Assembly: GCA_003528115.1 (NCBI GenBank)
Contig: DOGZ01000014.1
Coordinates: 282,689 to 346,688, forward strand
From: Candidatus Omnitrophota bacterium
GTDB taxonomy: Bacteria; Omnitrophota; Gorgyraeia; Zapsychrales; Zapsychraceae
Reading direction: 5' to 3'
DNA length: 64,000 nucleotides
Below, piece after piece: positions 23,138 to 33,110 of the stretch. The position numbers and the translations under genes are program-made. The notes beneath the pieces are model-generated. The model worked only from the letters and a program-made list of their open reading frames with translations, searched no databases and had not been told where the DNA came from. The number at the start of each line of letters is the position of its first letter. Positions within the stretch are counted from its first letter, which is position 1.

Positions 23138-24487
23138 ATGTTAGCCTCGTTCATTAATTGTTTTAAGATCCCTGAGCTAAAGAAGAAAATACTTTTTACT
23201 TTAGGTATCATTGTTGTCTACCGTATCGGGTGTTATATTCCAACCCCAGGTATTAATGGCGCGGTACTTACTGAATATTTTCAACGCATGGCTACATCGG
23301 GAGCCGGGAGCATTTTTGATGTGATGAATATGTTCTCTGGCGGGGCTATGCATAAGATGACGGTTTTTTCATTAGGGATAATGCCGTACATTTCCAGTTC
23401 CATTATCCTTCAACTGTTAACGGCTGTTATCCCAGCGCTGGAAAAGCTTGCTAAAGAAGGTCAGGCGGGCTATCACAAAATTAATCAATATACGCGCTAC
23501 GGTACAGTTGTATTGGCGCTGATTCAATCTTTTTTTATTGCTCTTTGGATTAAGCATCCTTCGACGTTTCAAAATTTTGAAGTTGTCAGTAAAGACGCAG
23601 GAATGGGATTTGTCCTCACAACGATGTTTACACTGACATGTGGAACTCTTCTTCTGATGTGGTTAGGTGAGCAGATCCAGGAAAGAGGCATCGGTAACGG
23701 CATATCGCTTATTATTGCCGCGGGTATTATCGCATCAGCGCCTTCAGCAGGAAGAACATTGGTTTTGCTTCTTTCTCCAAGTTCTGGAAGCGGAAGCCAG
23801 TTACAGCCGCTGACGTTACTCATTATGATCTGTTTTCTCATTGGAGTCATCATTTCGATTACATTGATTACACAGGCGCAAAGAAGAATCCCTGTACAAT
23901 ACGCTCGGCGCATTGTGGGTAGAAAAGTTTACGGTGGACAGAGTACGTATATTCCCTTAAAAGTTGATACCTCTGGTGTTATTGCTATTATTTTTGCACA
24001 ATCGATCATTCTTTTCCCGGCAACCTTAGCCAGTTTTATTCCGAATCAAACCTTTAGACATGTGGCGGGTTTCTTACAGAGAGGTGATTTTTTATATTAT
24101 GGTTTATACGGTTTGTTAATTGTATTTTTCTGTTATTTCTATACAGCTATTGTTTTTAATCCTCATGATGTGGCTGATAATATGAAAAAGCATGGAGGGT
24201 TTATCCCAGGAGTTAGACCCGGAGCACAGACATCCGAGTATCTTGATTTTGTTTTGACGCGCATTACCCTCGCGGGCGCTTTATTTATATGTGCGATTGC
24301 TATTATGCCGGATGCAATTATGGCCTCTTTCAAGGTTCCTTATCTAGTTGCATCATTCTTTGGGGGAACGGGCGTTTTGATTGTTGTGGGCGTTATGTTG
24401 GATACGATGAAACAGATTGAGTCGCATCTGTTGACGCGTCATTATGATGGGTTTATGAAAACCGGTCATATCCGAGGTAGACGATGA
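23138..24487 (+). CDS. secY: Protein translocase subunit SecY
   Basis: 449 aa, 10 predicted TM helices, conserved SecY blocks (GIMPYISSSIILQLL, GNGISLII). Confidence 0.95.
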   Translation: MLASFINCFKIPELKKKILFTLGIIVVYRIGCYIPTPGINGAVLTEYFQRMATSGAGSIFDVMNMFSGGAMHKMTVFSLGIMPYISSSIILQLLTAVIPALEKLAKEGQAGYHKINQYTRYGTVVLALIQSFFIALWIKHPSTFQNFEVVSKDAGMGFVLTTMFTLTCGTLLLMWLGEQIQERGIGNGISLIIAAGIIASAPSAGRTLVLLLSPSSGSGSQLQPLTLLIMICFLIGVIISITLITQAQRRIPVQYARRIVGRKVYGGQSTYIPLKVDTSGVIAIIFAQSIILFPATLASFIPNQTFRHVAGFLQRGDFLYYGLYGLLIVFFCYFYTAIVFNPHDVADNMKKHGGFIPGVRPGAQTSEYLDFVLTRITLAGALFICAIAIMPDAIMASFKVPYLVASFFGGTGVLIVVGVMLDTMKQIESHLLTRHYDGFMKTGHIRGRR

Positions 24488-25152
24488 GATTGGTTTTATT
24501 AGGACCACCAGGAGCGGGAAAAGGAACGCTGGCCAATAATTTAAAAGACGCGCTCCGGATACTCCACATATCGACAGGAGATATTCTTCGTGAGGAAATG
24601 AAGAATAATACAAACCTTGGGAAAGAAGCAAAACAGTATTTGGATAAAGGCGAGTTGGTTCCTGATGAAGTTGTAACGAGATTGATTGAGAACAAATTAA
24701 GCAGAGATAGTATCATTGAAAAGGGCTTTATGTTGGATGGCTTCCCTAGGACGGAAACTCAGGCCAAGGATTTAGATAGGATTTTAAATAAATTTAAGAA
24801 GCCGTTGAATTATGTTCTTTATATGGAGTCGACGCTGCCTGTTATTATACAGCGTCTAACAGGACGGCGTGTATGTCGAAATTGTGGCGCTCTTTTTCAT
24901 ATAATCAATTTACCACCCAAAAAAGAAGGTGTTTGTGACGCGTGTTCAGGAGAATTATATCAACGAAGTGACGATAATGAACAAACGATCAAAACACGCA
25001 TGAAAGTATATTTGAAGAATACACGGCCTATTATTGAATACTATCAAAAGCAGGGTAAGCTTAAGAAACTGGATGCCGATAGAGATTCACAGGAAGTACA
25101 GTTAATATTGATGAAATTATTTAATGAAGATGAAAACTTCCATCAACATTAA
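24484..25152 (+). CDS. adk: Adenylate kinase (zinc-binding lid type)
   Basis: P-loop GPPGAGKGT. Lid CRNCG...CDACSGE is a Cys4 zinc lid. ATGA overlap with secY. Confidence 0.95.
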   Translation: MRLVLLGPPGAGKGTLANNLKDALRILHISTGDILREEMKNNTNLGKEAKQYLDKGELVPDEVVTRLIENKLSRDSIIEKGFMLDGFPRTETQAKDLDRILNKFKKPLNYVLYMESTLPVIIQRLTGRRVCRNCGALFHIINLPPKKEGVCDACSGELYQRSDDNEQTIKTRMKVYLKNTRPIIEYYQKQGKLKKLDADRDSQEVQLILMKLFNEDENFHQH

Positions 25153-25882
25153 GTCTCAAGAAGAGCTGGCGATCCTTCGTGAAGCAGGTAAGATTTTATC
25201 AGTAATTGTTAATGAATTGAGAAGTTCTTTAAAGATCGGAATGACTACAAGGGCTGTTGATGAGCTAGCTGAAAAACTCATTGAAGGGCATCATGTCAAG
25301 CCGGCATTTAAGGGGTATCGTGGATTCCCAGGATGTGTTTGTATATCACTCAATCAAGAGGTGGTGCATGGGATTCCATCAGAGCGTTTTTTGAAAAAAG
25401 GTGATATTGTCAGTCTGGATGTCGGAATTATTCATAGAAATTTCTATGCGGATATGGCTATATCGGCGGGTATTGGGGAAATTAGCCAAGAAGCGCGCAG
25501 GTTGATAGAAATTACGCGCGAATCTTTGATGAAAGGCATTGAACAAGCGAGAGAGAATAATCGTCTGTCTGATATCTCTAACGCGATTCAGAAATTTGTT
25601 GAAACCAGTAATTTTTCCGTTGTTCGGGATTTCGTTGGGCATGGGATAGGGCGTATGTTACATGAAGAGCCTGAAATCCCGAATTTTGGTGATCCCCATC
25701 AGGGACCTATTTTGAAAGAAGGTATGGTGTTTGCCATTGAACCCATGGTGAACGCGGGAAGTTGGCAGATAAAGATATTAGAGGACGGCTGGACTGTTGT
25801 GACGCAAGATGGGAAACCATCAGCGCATTTTGAGCATACGATAGCAATAACCAAATATGGTCCAGAAATATTAACAAAATAA
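25124..25882 (+). CDS. map: Methionine aminopeptidase type I
   Basis: 252 aa with metal ligands in the conserved [26 protein letters not shown] and [11 protein letters not shown] context. Start could be 25124 or 25130. Confidence 0.92.
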   Translation: MKMKTSINIKSQEELAILREAGKILSVIVNELRSSLKIGMTTRAVDELAEKLIEGHHVKPAFKGYRGFPGCVCISLNQEVVHGIPSERFLKKGDIVSLDVGIIHRNFYADMAISAGIGEISQEARRLIEITRESLMKGIEQARENNRLSDISNAIQKFVETSNFSVVRDFVGHGIGRMLHEEPEIPNFGDPHQGPILKEGMVFAIEPMVNAGSWQIKILEDGWTVVTQDGKPSAHFEHTIAITKYGPEILTK

Positions 25883-25919
25883 ATTCTCTGATCATTGTTT
25901 AATTTTACAAATAGGAAAT

Positions 25920-26138
25920 ATGACCAAAGAAGATTTGATAGAAGTCGAAGGTGTTATTAAAGAAGCATTGCCAAATGCAAAGTTCCGCGTAGAATTGGAA
26001 AATGGTCATGTGGTTGAAGCCCATATATCTGGGAAAATTAGGATGAATTTTATCCGCATCCTTCCTGGGGATGTGGTGAAGGTGGAACTTTCACCTTATG
26101 ATTTATCGAGGGGAAGAATAACGTTTAGGTGTAAATAA
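25920..26138 (+). CDS. infA: Translation initiation factor IF-1
   Basis: 72 aa S1-like OB fold ([70 protein letters not shown]). Confidence 0.95.
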   Translation: MTKEDLIEVEGVIKEALPNAKFRVELENGHVVEAHISGKIRMNFIRILPGDVVKVELSPYDLSRGRITFRCK

Positions 26139-26218
26139 GGTTTTCGACGTGTCTTATTGACCTGCGCACAATGAATGGAATCTTAACCTCGTAAAAGAAG
26201 AGAGGAGACGTCGAAGTA

Positions 26219-26332
26219 ATGAAAGTTAAGTCGTCAGTTAAAAGAGTCTGTAGCAACTGCAAAGTTATTCGACGGAAGGGCGTCGTAAGAGTAATTTGTT
26301 CTAATCCAAAACATAAACAAAGGCAAGGGTAA
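26219..26332 (+). CDS. rpmJ: 50S ribosomal protein L36
   Basis: Not in the ORF track (<60 aa). Manual translation [37 protein letters not shown] is the canonical L36 zinc ribbon. Confidence 0.9.
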   Translation: MKVKSSVKRVCSNCKVIRRKGVVRVICSNPKHKQRQG

Positions 26333-26336
26333 AATT

Positions 26337-26711
26337 ATGCCAAGAATACTGGGTATTGACATCCCGAAAGAAAAAAGAATAGAAGCTGCGTTACCATATA
26401 TTTATGGAATAGGGCCGACTATAAGTCGTGAGATATTAAAGCAGGCGAATATCGATTGCAATCGGCGTGCTAAGGATCTTACCGAGGAGGAAATCGCTAG
26501 AATAACATCGATTGTTCAAACTAACTATGTGACGGAAGGCGATCTTCGAAGAGAGATCAGTCAAAACATTAAGAGGCTTATTGAAATTGGGAGTTATCGC
26601 GGATCACGTCATAGGAAGGGATTGCCGGTACGGGGACAGAGATCCCGAACAAATGCTCGGACGCGTAAGGGAAGAAAACCCGTTGTTGGTGCAAAAACAA
26701 AGAAGCCGTAA
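26337..26711 (+). CDS. rpsM: 30S ribosomal protein S13
   Basis: 124 aa [26 protein letters not shown]... canonical S13. Confidence 0.95.
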   Translation: MPRILGIDIPKEKRIEAALPYIYGIGPTISREILKQANIDCNRRAKDLTEEEIARITSIVQTNYVTEGDLRREISQNIKRLIEIGSYRGSRHRKGLPVRGQRSRTNARTRKGRKPVVGAKTKKP

Positions 26712-26797
26712 TAATCAGATTTTCTTGAAGAAAGAAATCAAGAAGAGGGATTGACTGAATATATCAATTCTAAGGAAAATAAAAAAAGGCATGATTT

Positions 26798-27196
26798 ATG
26801 GAGAAAACAGTTAAGAAAAAAGACAAGTCTAAGAAGAAAAATCTTAGAGGAATCACCACAGGGGATGCGCATATTAAAGCTACTTTTAATAATACGATCG
26901 TTACGATTACTGATAAAAAGGGTAATGTTATCGTATGGTCAACGCCGGGCGTTGTCGGCTTTAGCGGATCCAAGAAATCGACACCGTTTGCGGCTCAAGT
27001 CGCTGCTTCTGATGCGGCTAGGAGAGCAAAGGATTTAGGGTTAAAAAGTGTTGATGTTTTTGTCAATGGGCCAGGCTCTGGCCGGGAATCGGCCATTAGA
27101 GCTTTGCAGGCTAATGGATTATTAGTAACTTCCATTAAAGATGTTACGCCATTGCCGCATAATGGTTGTCGGCCACGGAAGAAACGTCGAGTTTAA
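26798..27196 (+). CDS. rpsK: 30S ribosomal protein S11
   Basis: 132 aa with [27 protein letters not shown]... canonical S11. Confidence 0.93.
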   Translation: MEKTVKKKDKSKKKNLRGITTGDAHIKATFNNTIVTITDKKGNVIVWSTPGVVGFSGSKKSTPFAAQVAASDAARRAKDLGLKSVDVFVNGPGSGRESAIRALQANGLLVTSIKDVTPLPHNGCRPRKKRRV

Positions 27197-27209
27197 GGAG
27201 GAGCGGTTC

Positions 27210-27839
27210 ATGGGTAAATATGTTGGTTCAAGTTGTCGATTATGCAGAAGAGAGGGTGAAAAGCTCAATCTGAAGGGGACACGGTGCGGGACGCATAGAT
27301 GCGCTGTAGAGAGAAGAAGTTATGCTCCAGGACAGCATGGGAGCGGTAAACGTGTGAAGTTGTCCAACTATGGTATTCAATTAAGAGAGAAGCAAAAAGT
27401 TAAACGCATTTATGGTCTGGTTGAGAGACAATTTAAGAATTACTTTTTGATGGCAACTGAGAAAAAGGGTGTTACTGGTTCAATGTTGCTGCAATTTCTT
27501 GAGAGACGTCTGGATAACGTGATATATCAACTGGGTTTTTGTTCTTCTCGAAGACAGGCCAGGCAACTTGTTGGCCATGGATTTGTTTTTGTTAATGATC
27601 ATCGCGTGGATATTCCTTCATTCTTGGTTAAAACCAATGATGAAATTTTTATCAGATTTAAAAAGAAGGGTCAAAAGACTGTTCAAGATAATATTGAGGC
27701 CTGCAAAGAACGCAAAGTTCCTACATGGCTGGAAGTGGATCATAATCATTTTAAGGCTAACGTCAAAAGACTACCTGAACGGGAAGATATTGGTTATCCT
27801 GTAAACGAACAGCTCATTGTTGAGCTTTATTCAAGATAA
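27210..27839 (+). CDS. rpsD: 30S ribosomal protein S4
   Basis: [26 protein letters not shown]... is the S4 N-terminal Zn-finger-like region. AAGGAGG RBS precedes the ATG at 27210; the ORF-track start at 27141 overlaps rpsK. Confidence 0.9.
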   Translation: MGKYVGSSCRLCRREGEKLNLKGTRCGTHRCAVERRSYAPGQHGSGKRVKLSNYGIQLREKQKVKRIYGLVERQFKNYFLMATEKKGVTGSMLLQFLERRLDNVIYQLGFCSSRRQARQLVGHGFVFVNDHRVDIPSFLVKTNDEIFIRFKKKGQKTVQDNIEACKERKVPTWLEVDHNHFKANVKRLPEREDIGYPVNEQLIVELYSR

Positions 27840-27904
27840 AATTTTTAAATCAAGCTCTCGGCCGCAAGCGGGGAGTATCGACGTTCACATTGAAGGAGGC
27901 AAAG

Positions 27905-28897
27905 ATGGGGGTTAAATGGCGTGATTTTCAAATGCCCAAAAGGCTAGATTGTGATGAGGCAAGTTATACAGACACCTATGGAAAGTTTATCGCCGAACCG
28001 TTTGAGCGTGGGTATGGTGTGACGTTAGGTAATTCCTTGCGACGTATTTTGTTGTCATCGATTGAAGGGAGCGCCGTGACATCCATTAAGATTGACGGCG
28101 TGGAACATGAATTCTCTACTTTACCCGGTGTTATGGAATCGGTGGCAGAGATTATTCTTAACATTAAACAATTGGTTCTCAGATCTCATTCGCGAATCCC
28201 AAAACCCATTTATGTTAAAGCTGAGAAAAAAGGGGAAATAAAGGGCGGGGATATTATTTGCGATGAGACGATTGAGGTATTGAATCCTGATCTCCATATA
28301 GCCACGCTTTCACGGGACACACACTTTCACTTAGAAATGGAGGTTTCCCGAGGCCGTGGGTATGTGCCTGCCGATATGAATAAAAAGGATACAAGTGGTA
28401 TCGGGACTATCGCGATAGATTCTATCTTTACCCCCATAACGAAAGTTAATTTTCATGTGGAAAATACGCGTGTCGGTCAGAGAACAGATTATGACTGTTT
28501 GATTTTTGAGATTTGGACGAACAGCAGCATTAACCCAAAAGAGGCCTTACTCTTTGGCGCTAATATTTTGCAGAGACATTTGGATGTGTTTGTGAGCTAT
28601 GGTCAGCTTCCTGAGGAAGAAGAGGAAGAAGAGGAAGTTTCCGCCGAAGAAGAGGCTCTTTATGCAAAGTTGCGTCTTCCTATTTCAGAATTGGAGTTGT
28701 CCGTAAGAAGTGCTAACTGTTTGAAAGATGCCAATATTAAAACCATTTCAGAATTGGTTCGAAAGACTGAATCAGAATTATTGACTTTCCGTAATTTCGG
28801 CAAAAAATCCTTAACTGAAATCAATGATCTTCTGAAGGTTATGGGGTTGAACTTGGGAATGAAGATAGACTTGAAAAAATTAAAGAAAAAGGAATAA
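27905..28897 (+). CDS. rpoA: DNA-directed RNA polymerase subunit alpha
   Basis: NTD/CTD architecture with the alpha-CTD ([23 protein letters not shown]). GAAGGAGG RBS before the ATG at 27905; 27890 is an alternative start. Confidence 0.93.
   Translation: MGVKWRDFQMPKRLDCDEASYTDTYGKFIAEPFERGYGVTLGNSLRRILLSSIEGSAVTSIKIDGVEHEFSTLPGVMESVAEIILNIKQLVLRSHSRIPKPIYVKAEKKGEIKGGDIICDETIEVLNPDLHIATLSRDTHFHLEMEVSRGRGYVPADMNKKDTSGIGTIAIDSIFTPITKVNFHVENTRVGQRTDYDCLIFEIWTNSSINPKEALLFGANILQRHLDVFVSYGQLPEEEEEEEEVSAEEEALYAKLRLPISELELSVRSANCLKDANIKTISELVRKTESELLTFRNFGKKSLTEINDLLKVMGLNLGMKIDLKKLKKKE
28613..28636 (+). repeat. (GAG GAA GAA)n trinucleotide repeat encoding an E8 acidic stretch in the rpoA NTD-CTD linker
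   Basis: gaggaagaagaggaagaagaggaa is seen directly and is in frame with rpoA ([14 protein letters not shown]). Confidence 0.8.
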
Positions 28898-28898
28898 T

Positions 28899-29510
28899 AT
28901 GCGACACGGAATTTCAGGAAATAGATTAGGCAGGAATTCAAGCCTGCGAAAGGCCACGATCAGAGACATAGCCAAGGCGACGCTCATACAACAGAGGATT
29001 TGTACGACTCAAGCGAAAGCTAAAGAGGCCAGAAAACTTGTTGAGAAGCTCATTACCTTAGGGAAAAAGGATACTTTGGCTAATAAGAGAAGAGCTTTTT
29101 CTATTTTGTGCAACCATAAATTGGTTAGCGATTTATTTTCAAAGACCGCCGTACGGTTTAAAAACCGTGTCGGCGGATATACGCGCATTATTCCTCTTGG
29201 AACCCGGAGAGGTGATAACGCTCAACTGGCTTTATTGGAGCTTACAGAGAAAGCAGAAATTATTGTCAGCAAGCCAAAATCAACAGCCGCAATTAAGACA
29301 GAGGAGTTAAAGTCTAAGTTTTCAAAAGCGGATGTGATTGAAGCACAGGCAACGGTAGAAAAACATGAAGAAGTTAAAGAGCACATATCGAAGAAAGATA
29401 CTCTGAAAGTGGAGCATCAAAAGGGGATTGTCAAACAAGATACTGAAAAGTCTGGGAAGAAATTTAGTGGCATCAAAAAGATATTTCATCGAAAGACAGC
29501 CGGACAATAA
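28899..29510 (+). CDS. rplQ: 50S ribosomal protein L17 (with ~80-aa Lys/Glu-rich C-terminal extension)
   Basis: L17 core MRHGISGNRLGRNSSLRKATIRDIAKATL... over the first ~120 aa, followed by a low-complexity K/E-rich tail. Confidence 0.88.
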   Translation: MRHGISGNRLGRNSSLRKATIRDIAKATLIQQRICTTQAKAKEARKLVEKLITLGKKDTLANKRRAFSILCNHKLVSDLFSKTAVRFKNRVGGYTRIIPLGTRRGDNAQLALLELTEKAEIIVSKPKSTAAIKTEELKSKFSKADVIEAQATVEKHEEVKEHISKKDTLKVEHQKGIVKQDTEKSGKKFSGIKKIFHRKTAGQ

Positions 29511-29520
29511 ATTGGGCACG

Positions 29521-30696
29521 TTGACTTTTAATATTAATAGTAGAGTAAAAAATATCGTTGGTTCATCAACACTGGCTATAACGGCCAAGGCTAAAACGCT
29601 TAAAGCCCAAGGATATGATGTTGTTAATTTTGCCGCCGGCGAACCGGATTTTGACACCCCTGATTCCATCAAGGCCGCCGCAATTAAGGCGATTGAGACC
29701 GGTTTTACAAAATATACCCCAACAATTGGAACCATTGAACTCAGAGAGGCCATCGCTAAAAAGTTTCAAAGGGATAATAACCTAAACTATAAAGCCTCTC
29801 AAATTATTGTTTCATGCGGGGCTAAACATTCTCTCTTTAATATTATCCAGGTTTTAGCAGATAGCGGAGAGGAAGTTCTTATCCCGTCTCCGTATTGGGT
29901 AAGTTACCCGGAAATGGTTAAATTAGCCGGAGCTACTGCCAAATTCCTCAAAACATCGGCCAAAACAAACTTCAAAATCACTCCCCAACAACTTTCAGAG
30001 AACATTACCCGTAGTACAAAATTGTTGATTCTTAATTCACCTTCTAATCCTACAGGAATGCTGTACTCCAAAAAGGAACTGGAGCAGATCGCTGAGATCT
30101 GCGTTAAGAATAATACATTTGTCATTAGTGATGAGATTTATGAAAAGCTCATTTATGATACCTCACCGTATACGTCTATCGGTTCTTTAAATAAAGATAT
30201 ATTTGATTTAACGATAACCGTCAATGGGGTATCGAAGGCTTATTCTATGACGGGCTGGCGAATTGGTTATTGTGCTGGTCGTCAAGATATTATGGAATAT
30301 ATCCAGAAACTTCAGGATCACTCCACTTCCAATCCTACCTCTATTAGTCAAGCGGCTGCTTTAGAGGCTCTACAGGCTTCCGAAGAAAATGTTCTTTCGA
30401 TGAGGAATGCATTTAAAAAACGTTGTGAGATAATGACCTCCGCCCTTGATAAAATTTCAGAAATTAGTTATATTAAGCCACAAGGCGCATTTTATGTTTT
30501 TTGTGATTTCTCGCGCCTGGGGGATTCGGAAACCACGGCCAAGCGTATCTTGGATGAAGTTAATGTCGCTGTTATTCCAGGAGACAGCTTTGGTGCGCCA
30601 GGTTTTCTACGGTTAAGTTTCGCGACCTCTGAAGAACGCATTCAAGAAGGCATTAAACGGATAGCTGAATGGATTAGGAAGCATCCTATTCGTTAA
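29521..30696 (+). CDS. Aspartate/aromatic aminotransferase (class I PLP-dependent)
   Basis: AAGEPDFDTPD, NSPSNPTG and a KAYSMTGWRIGY context for the PLP lysine. The start is ambiguous: TTG 29521 or 29512 best fits the usual N-terminal length; the ORF-track TTG at 29428 would overlap rplQ by 83 nt. Confidence 0.85.
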   Translation: MTFNINSRVKNIVGSSTLAITAKAKTLKAQGYDVVNFAAGEPDFDTPDSIKAAAIKAIETGFTKYTPTIGTIELREAIAKKFQRDNNLNYKASQIIVSCGAKHSLFNIIQVLADSGEEVLIPSPYWVSYPEMVKLAGATAKFLKTSAKTNFKITPQQLSENITRSTKLLILNSPSNPTGMLYSKKELEQIAEICVKNNTFVISDEIYEKLIYDTSPYTSIGSLNKDIFDLTITVNGVSKAYSMTGWRIGYCAGRQDIMEYIQKLQDHSTSNPTSISQAAALEALQASEENVLSMRNAFKKRCEIMTSALDKISEISYIKPQGAFYVFCDFSRLGDSETTAKRILDEVNVAVIPGDSFGAPGFLRLSFATSEERIQEGIKRIAEWIRKHPIR

Positions 30697-30872
30697 TCGC
30701 TTCTGATTAAGCCTAACGCAGTATTACGTTCCTCATGAGGTTTAATCCATGAAACTTCTCAAAGGATTTTTCTTACTCATTCCAAACATAGATTATTTCT
30801 CAGAGCTTTTCATCAAATCCGAATTCTTTTTACAATGGGGCTTTTGTGTGATCCCAATGGACAGGAGATGAG

Positions 30873-31937
30873 ATGGTAGATTTAAAAGAACTCCTCAAAC
30901 TTTCAATTCAGCGTAAAGCTTCGGATTTACATTTGACAGAAAACAGTCCGCCGGTCTTAAGGATAGATGGAAGATTAATGTCGACGGATTATGGACCATT
31001 AACGAAAGATGAACTGAAAAAAAGTATTTATGGAATCCTTTCAGATGTTCAGAAAGAAAAATTTGAAAACGAATGGGAACTCGATTTTTCTTTATCGTTA
31101 GAAGGGATAGACAGGTTTAGGGTGAATATTCATATTCAAAGAGGTTCCGTAGAGGCGGCTTTTCGGAGAATTCCTTTATATATACCCTCCCTAAATGAGT
31201 TGGGATTACCGGCCGCTATTAGTGAATTTGCTCGTAAACCAAGTGGGCTTGTTTTGATAACGGGTCCCACTGGTTCTGGAAAAACAACGACGCTCGCTTC
31301 GATGATTAATTTGATTAATGAAGAGCGTGCCTGCATGATCACGTGTATTGAAGATCCGATTGAATATGTGCATAGAAATAAGAAAGCGGTTATTAAGCAG
31401 CGGGAAGTTTATAGCGATACGCATTCGTTTGCTGAAGCCTTGAAGAGATGTCTGCGTCAGGATCCGGATGTTATTGTGGTCGGTGAGATGCGGGATTTAG
31501 AAACCATCTCGACTGCCTTAACAGCCGCTGAGACAGGTCATTTAGTTTTAGCGACATTGCATACACCGGACGCGGCCCAAACCATTGAGCGTATTATTGA
31601 TGTCTTTCCAGCCCATCAACAGCAGCAGGTCCGTTTACAGTTGTCCGCTTGTATTCAAGGGGTTGTCTCGCAGATATTAATTCCCCGTGCGGGAGGCGAA
31701 GGTTTAGTTCTAGCCTCAGAGGTATTAGTGGCCACGCCGGCTGTCAGGAATTTGATCCGTGAGCAAGCTGTCGAGCAAATCCCAACCTCTATCCAGACGG
31801 GTCTGCAGTATGGTATGCATACGATGGATATGTCTTTGAAAATCTTGTATCAAGAAGGACTTATTACGTATGAGGAGGCGTTTGCGCAGGTAAGGAATGT
31901 CGAGGAGTTCCAGCAGTTATTGGGGGATTTTGAATAA
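30873..31937 (+). CDS. pilT: Type IV pilus retraction (twitching motility) ATPase PilT
   Basis: 354 aa with Walker A GPTGSGKTT and PilT/PilU signature blocks (IEDPIEYVH, VGEMRD, GHLVLATLHT). Confidence 0.9.
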   Translation: MVDLKELLKLSIQRKASDLHLTENSPPVLRIDGRLMSTDYGPLTKDELKKSIYGILSDVQKEKFENEWELDFSLSLEGIDRFRVNIHIQRGSVEAAFRRIPLYIPSLNELGLPAAISEFARKPSGLVLITGPTGSGKTTTLASMINLINEERACMITCIEDPIEYVHRNKKAVIKQREVYSDTHSFAEALKRCLRQDPDVIVVGEMRDLETISTALTAAETGHLVLATLHTPDAAQTIERIIDVFPAHQQQQVRLQLSACIQGVVSQILIPRAGGEGLVLASEVLVATPAVRNLIREQAVEQIPTSIQTGLQYGMHTMDMSLKILYQEGLITYEEAFAQVRNVEEFQQLLGDFE

Positions 31938-32103
31938 CTTCCTTTTCGGCTATGGCAACGCGGTTCTGTTTATCAGCGATAAGGGCAATTGTAACGTTTG
32001 AAGAATTAACTTTCCGTAACCCTGCTCCATAATTTATTTATGGGACGGGGTTAATTCTTTTAGGTGGCAAATAGTATTTTCATTTATCTGGAAGGATAGG
32101 GTA

Positions 32104-32865
32104 TTGTTGCAGACGCAGAAGGACATATTGTGTGAGATCAAAGATGACGGGCTTATCGACTACAAGAAGGCGTATGAGATACAAAAACGATATGTCCAGA
32201 AAGTACAGCAAGGGCATCCTTCCATTATTTATGTATGTGAACATCCGTCGGTTCTGACATTGGGGCGGTCAGCAATGGCCGAACACATATTGATCTCTCC
32301 GGAAGAATTGAATGAAAGAGGTATTGAAGTCTTGCCGATTGATCGAGGGGGAGATATTACACTGCATGCCCCGGGTCAATTGGTCATTTATCCGATATTG
32401 GATTTGCAGGTGTTTGGGAAAGATCTGAGGGCGTATTTGTGCAAATTAGAACAAGTTGCCATTGATTTATTAAATTGTTTTGGTATAGTGGCACATAGAT
32501 TTGATGGAAAAACCGGCGTCTGGATCGGAAGAAAGAAAATTGTTTCTATTGGTATTGGTGTGCGTCGATGGATTTCTTATCATGGTCTGGCGATAAATGT
32601 GAATACGGATTTAGCCTTATTTTCGATGATTAAGCCGTGCGGGATGGATGTAAAGATGACATCTATGGCTCAGATTAAGCGGGGTATCATTGACATGAAT
32701 GAAGTCAAAAAAAGAGTGATATCAAATTTTTGTCAAGCGTTTGGGTTAACTCTGAAGGAAAGTGGAGATGACCAGGGAAAATTTGCGGTTATTGAGAGTA
32801 GGTTAAGTGAAAGAGGGTTATGTCTTAGAGAAGGAGCGAGGCATGCGAAGGGTTGTTCTCCCTGA
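32104..32865 (+). CDS. lipB: Octanoyl-[ACP]:protein N-octanoyltransferase (lipoate-protein ligase B)
   Basis: 253 aa, TTG start. Conserved LipB blocks RGGDITLHAPGQLVIYPILDL and a KIVSIGIGVRRWISYHGLAINV-type catalytic region. Confidence 0.85.
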   Translation: MLQTQKDILCEIKDDGLIDYKKAYEIQKRYVQKVQQGHPSIIYVCEHPSVLTLGRSAMAEHILISPEELNERGIEVLPIDRGGDITLHAPGQLVIYPILDLQVFGKDLRAYLCKLEQVAIDLLNCFGIVAHRFDGKTGVWIGRKKIVSIGIGVRRWISYHGLAINVNTDLALFSMIKPCGMDVKMTSMAQIKRGIIDMNEVKKRVISNFCQAFGLTLKESGDDQGKFAVIESRLSERGLCLREGARHAKGCSP

Positions 32866-33088
32866 GTTGGGTGAGGGGATTGATAAAGCCACGGTGGCCT
32901 GTTGGCATTGCAACATCGGGGATTACGTTAGAAAAGACGATGATCTGCTGGAGGTTGTTACGGATAAAGCTACTTTTAATGTGGCGGCTCCCTCTGAGGG
33001 TATCGTAAAGGAGATATTAGTTCCCGAAGGTCAAGAAGTAAAAGTTGGGGAGGTCTTAGCTGTCCTTGGGACATTGGATGTTCAATGA
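32843..33088 (+). CDS. Stand-alone lipoyl/biotinyl-attachment domain protein (~81 aa, candidate lipoyl carrier)
   Basis: Single hybrid-barrel domain ...DLLEVVTDKATFNVAAPSEGIV...GEVLAVL with the modifiable Lys in the TDKA motif. AAGGAG RBS before the ATG at 32843. Overlaps the lipB 3' end. Confidence 0.75.
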   Translation: MRRVVLPELGEGIDKATVACWHCNIGDYVRKDDDLLEVVTDKATFNVAAPSEGIVKEILVPEGQEVKVGEVLAVLGTLDVQ

Positions 33089-33110
33089 ATCAAATTTTAT
33101 TTAAGCGAAA

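Noticed and set aside
26751-27038. 95-aa ORF ([24 protein letters not shown]...) overlapping the rpsK start region
   Set aside because: Alternate frame across the rpsM-rpsK junction and into rpsK. Arg/Leu-rich with no homology pattern. rpsK at 26798 is the genuine gene.
31938-32103. Weak hairpin CCATAATTTATTTATGG after pilT as a rho-independent terminator
   Set aside because: Only a 6-bp AT-rich stem with no flanking U-tract. Insufficient to call a terminator.
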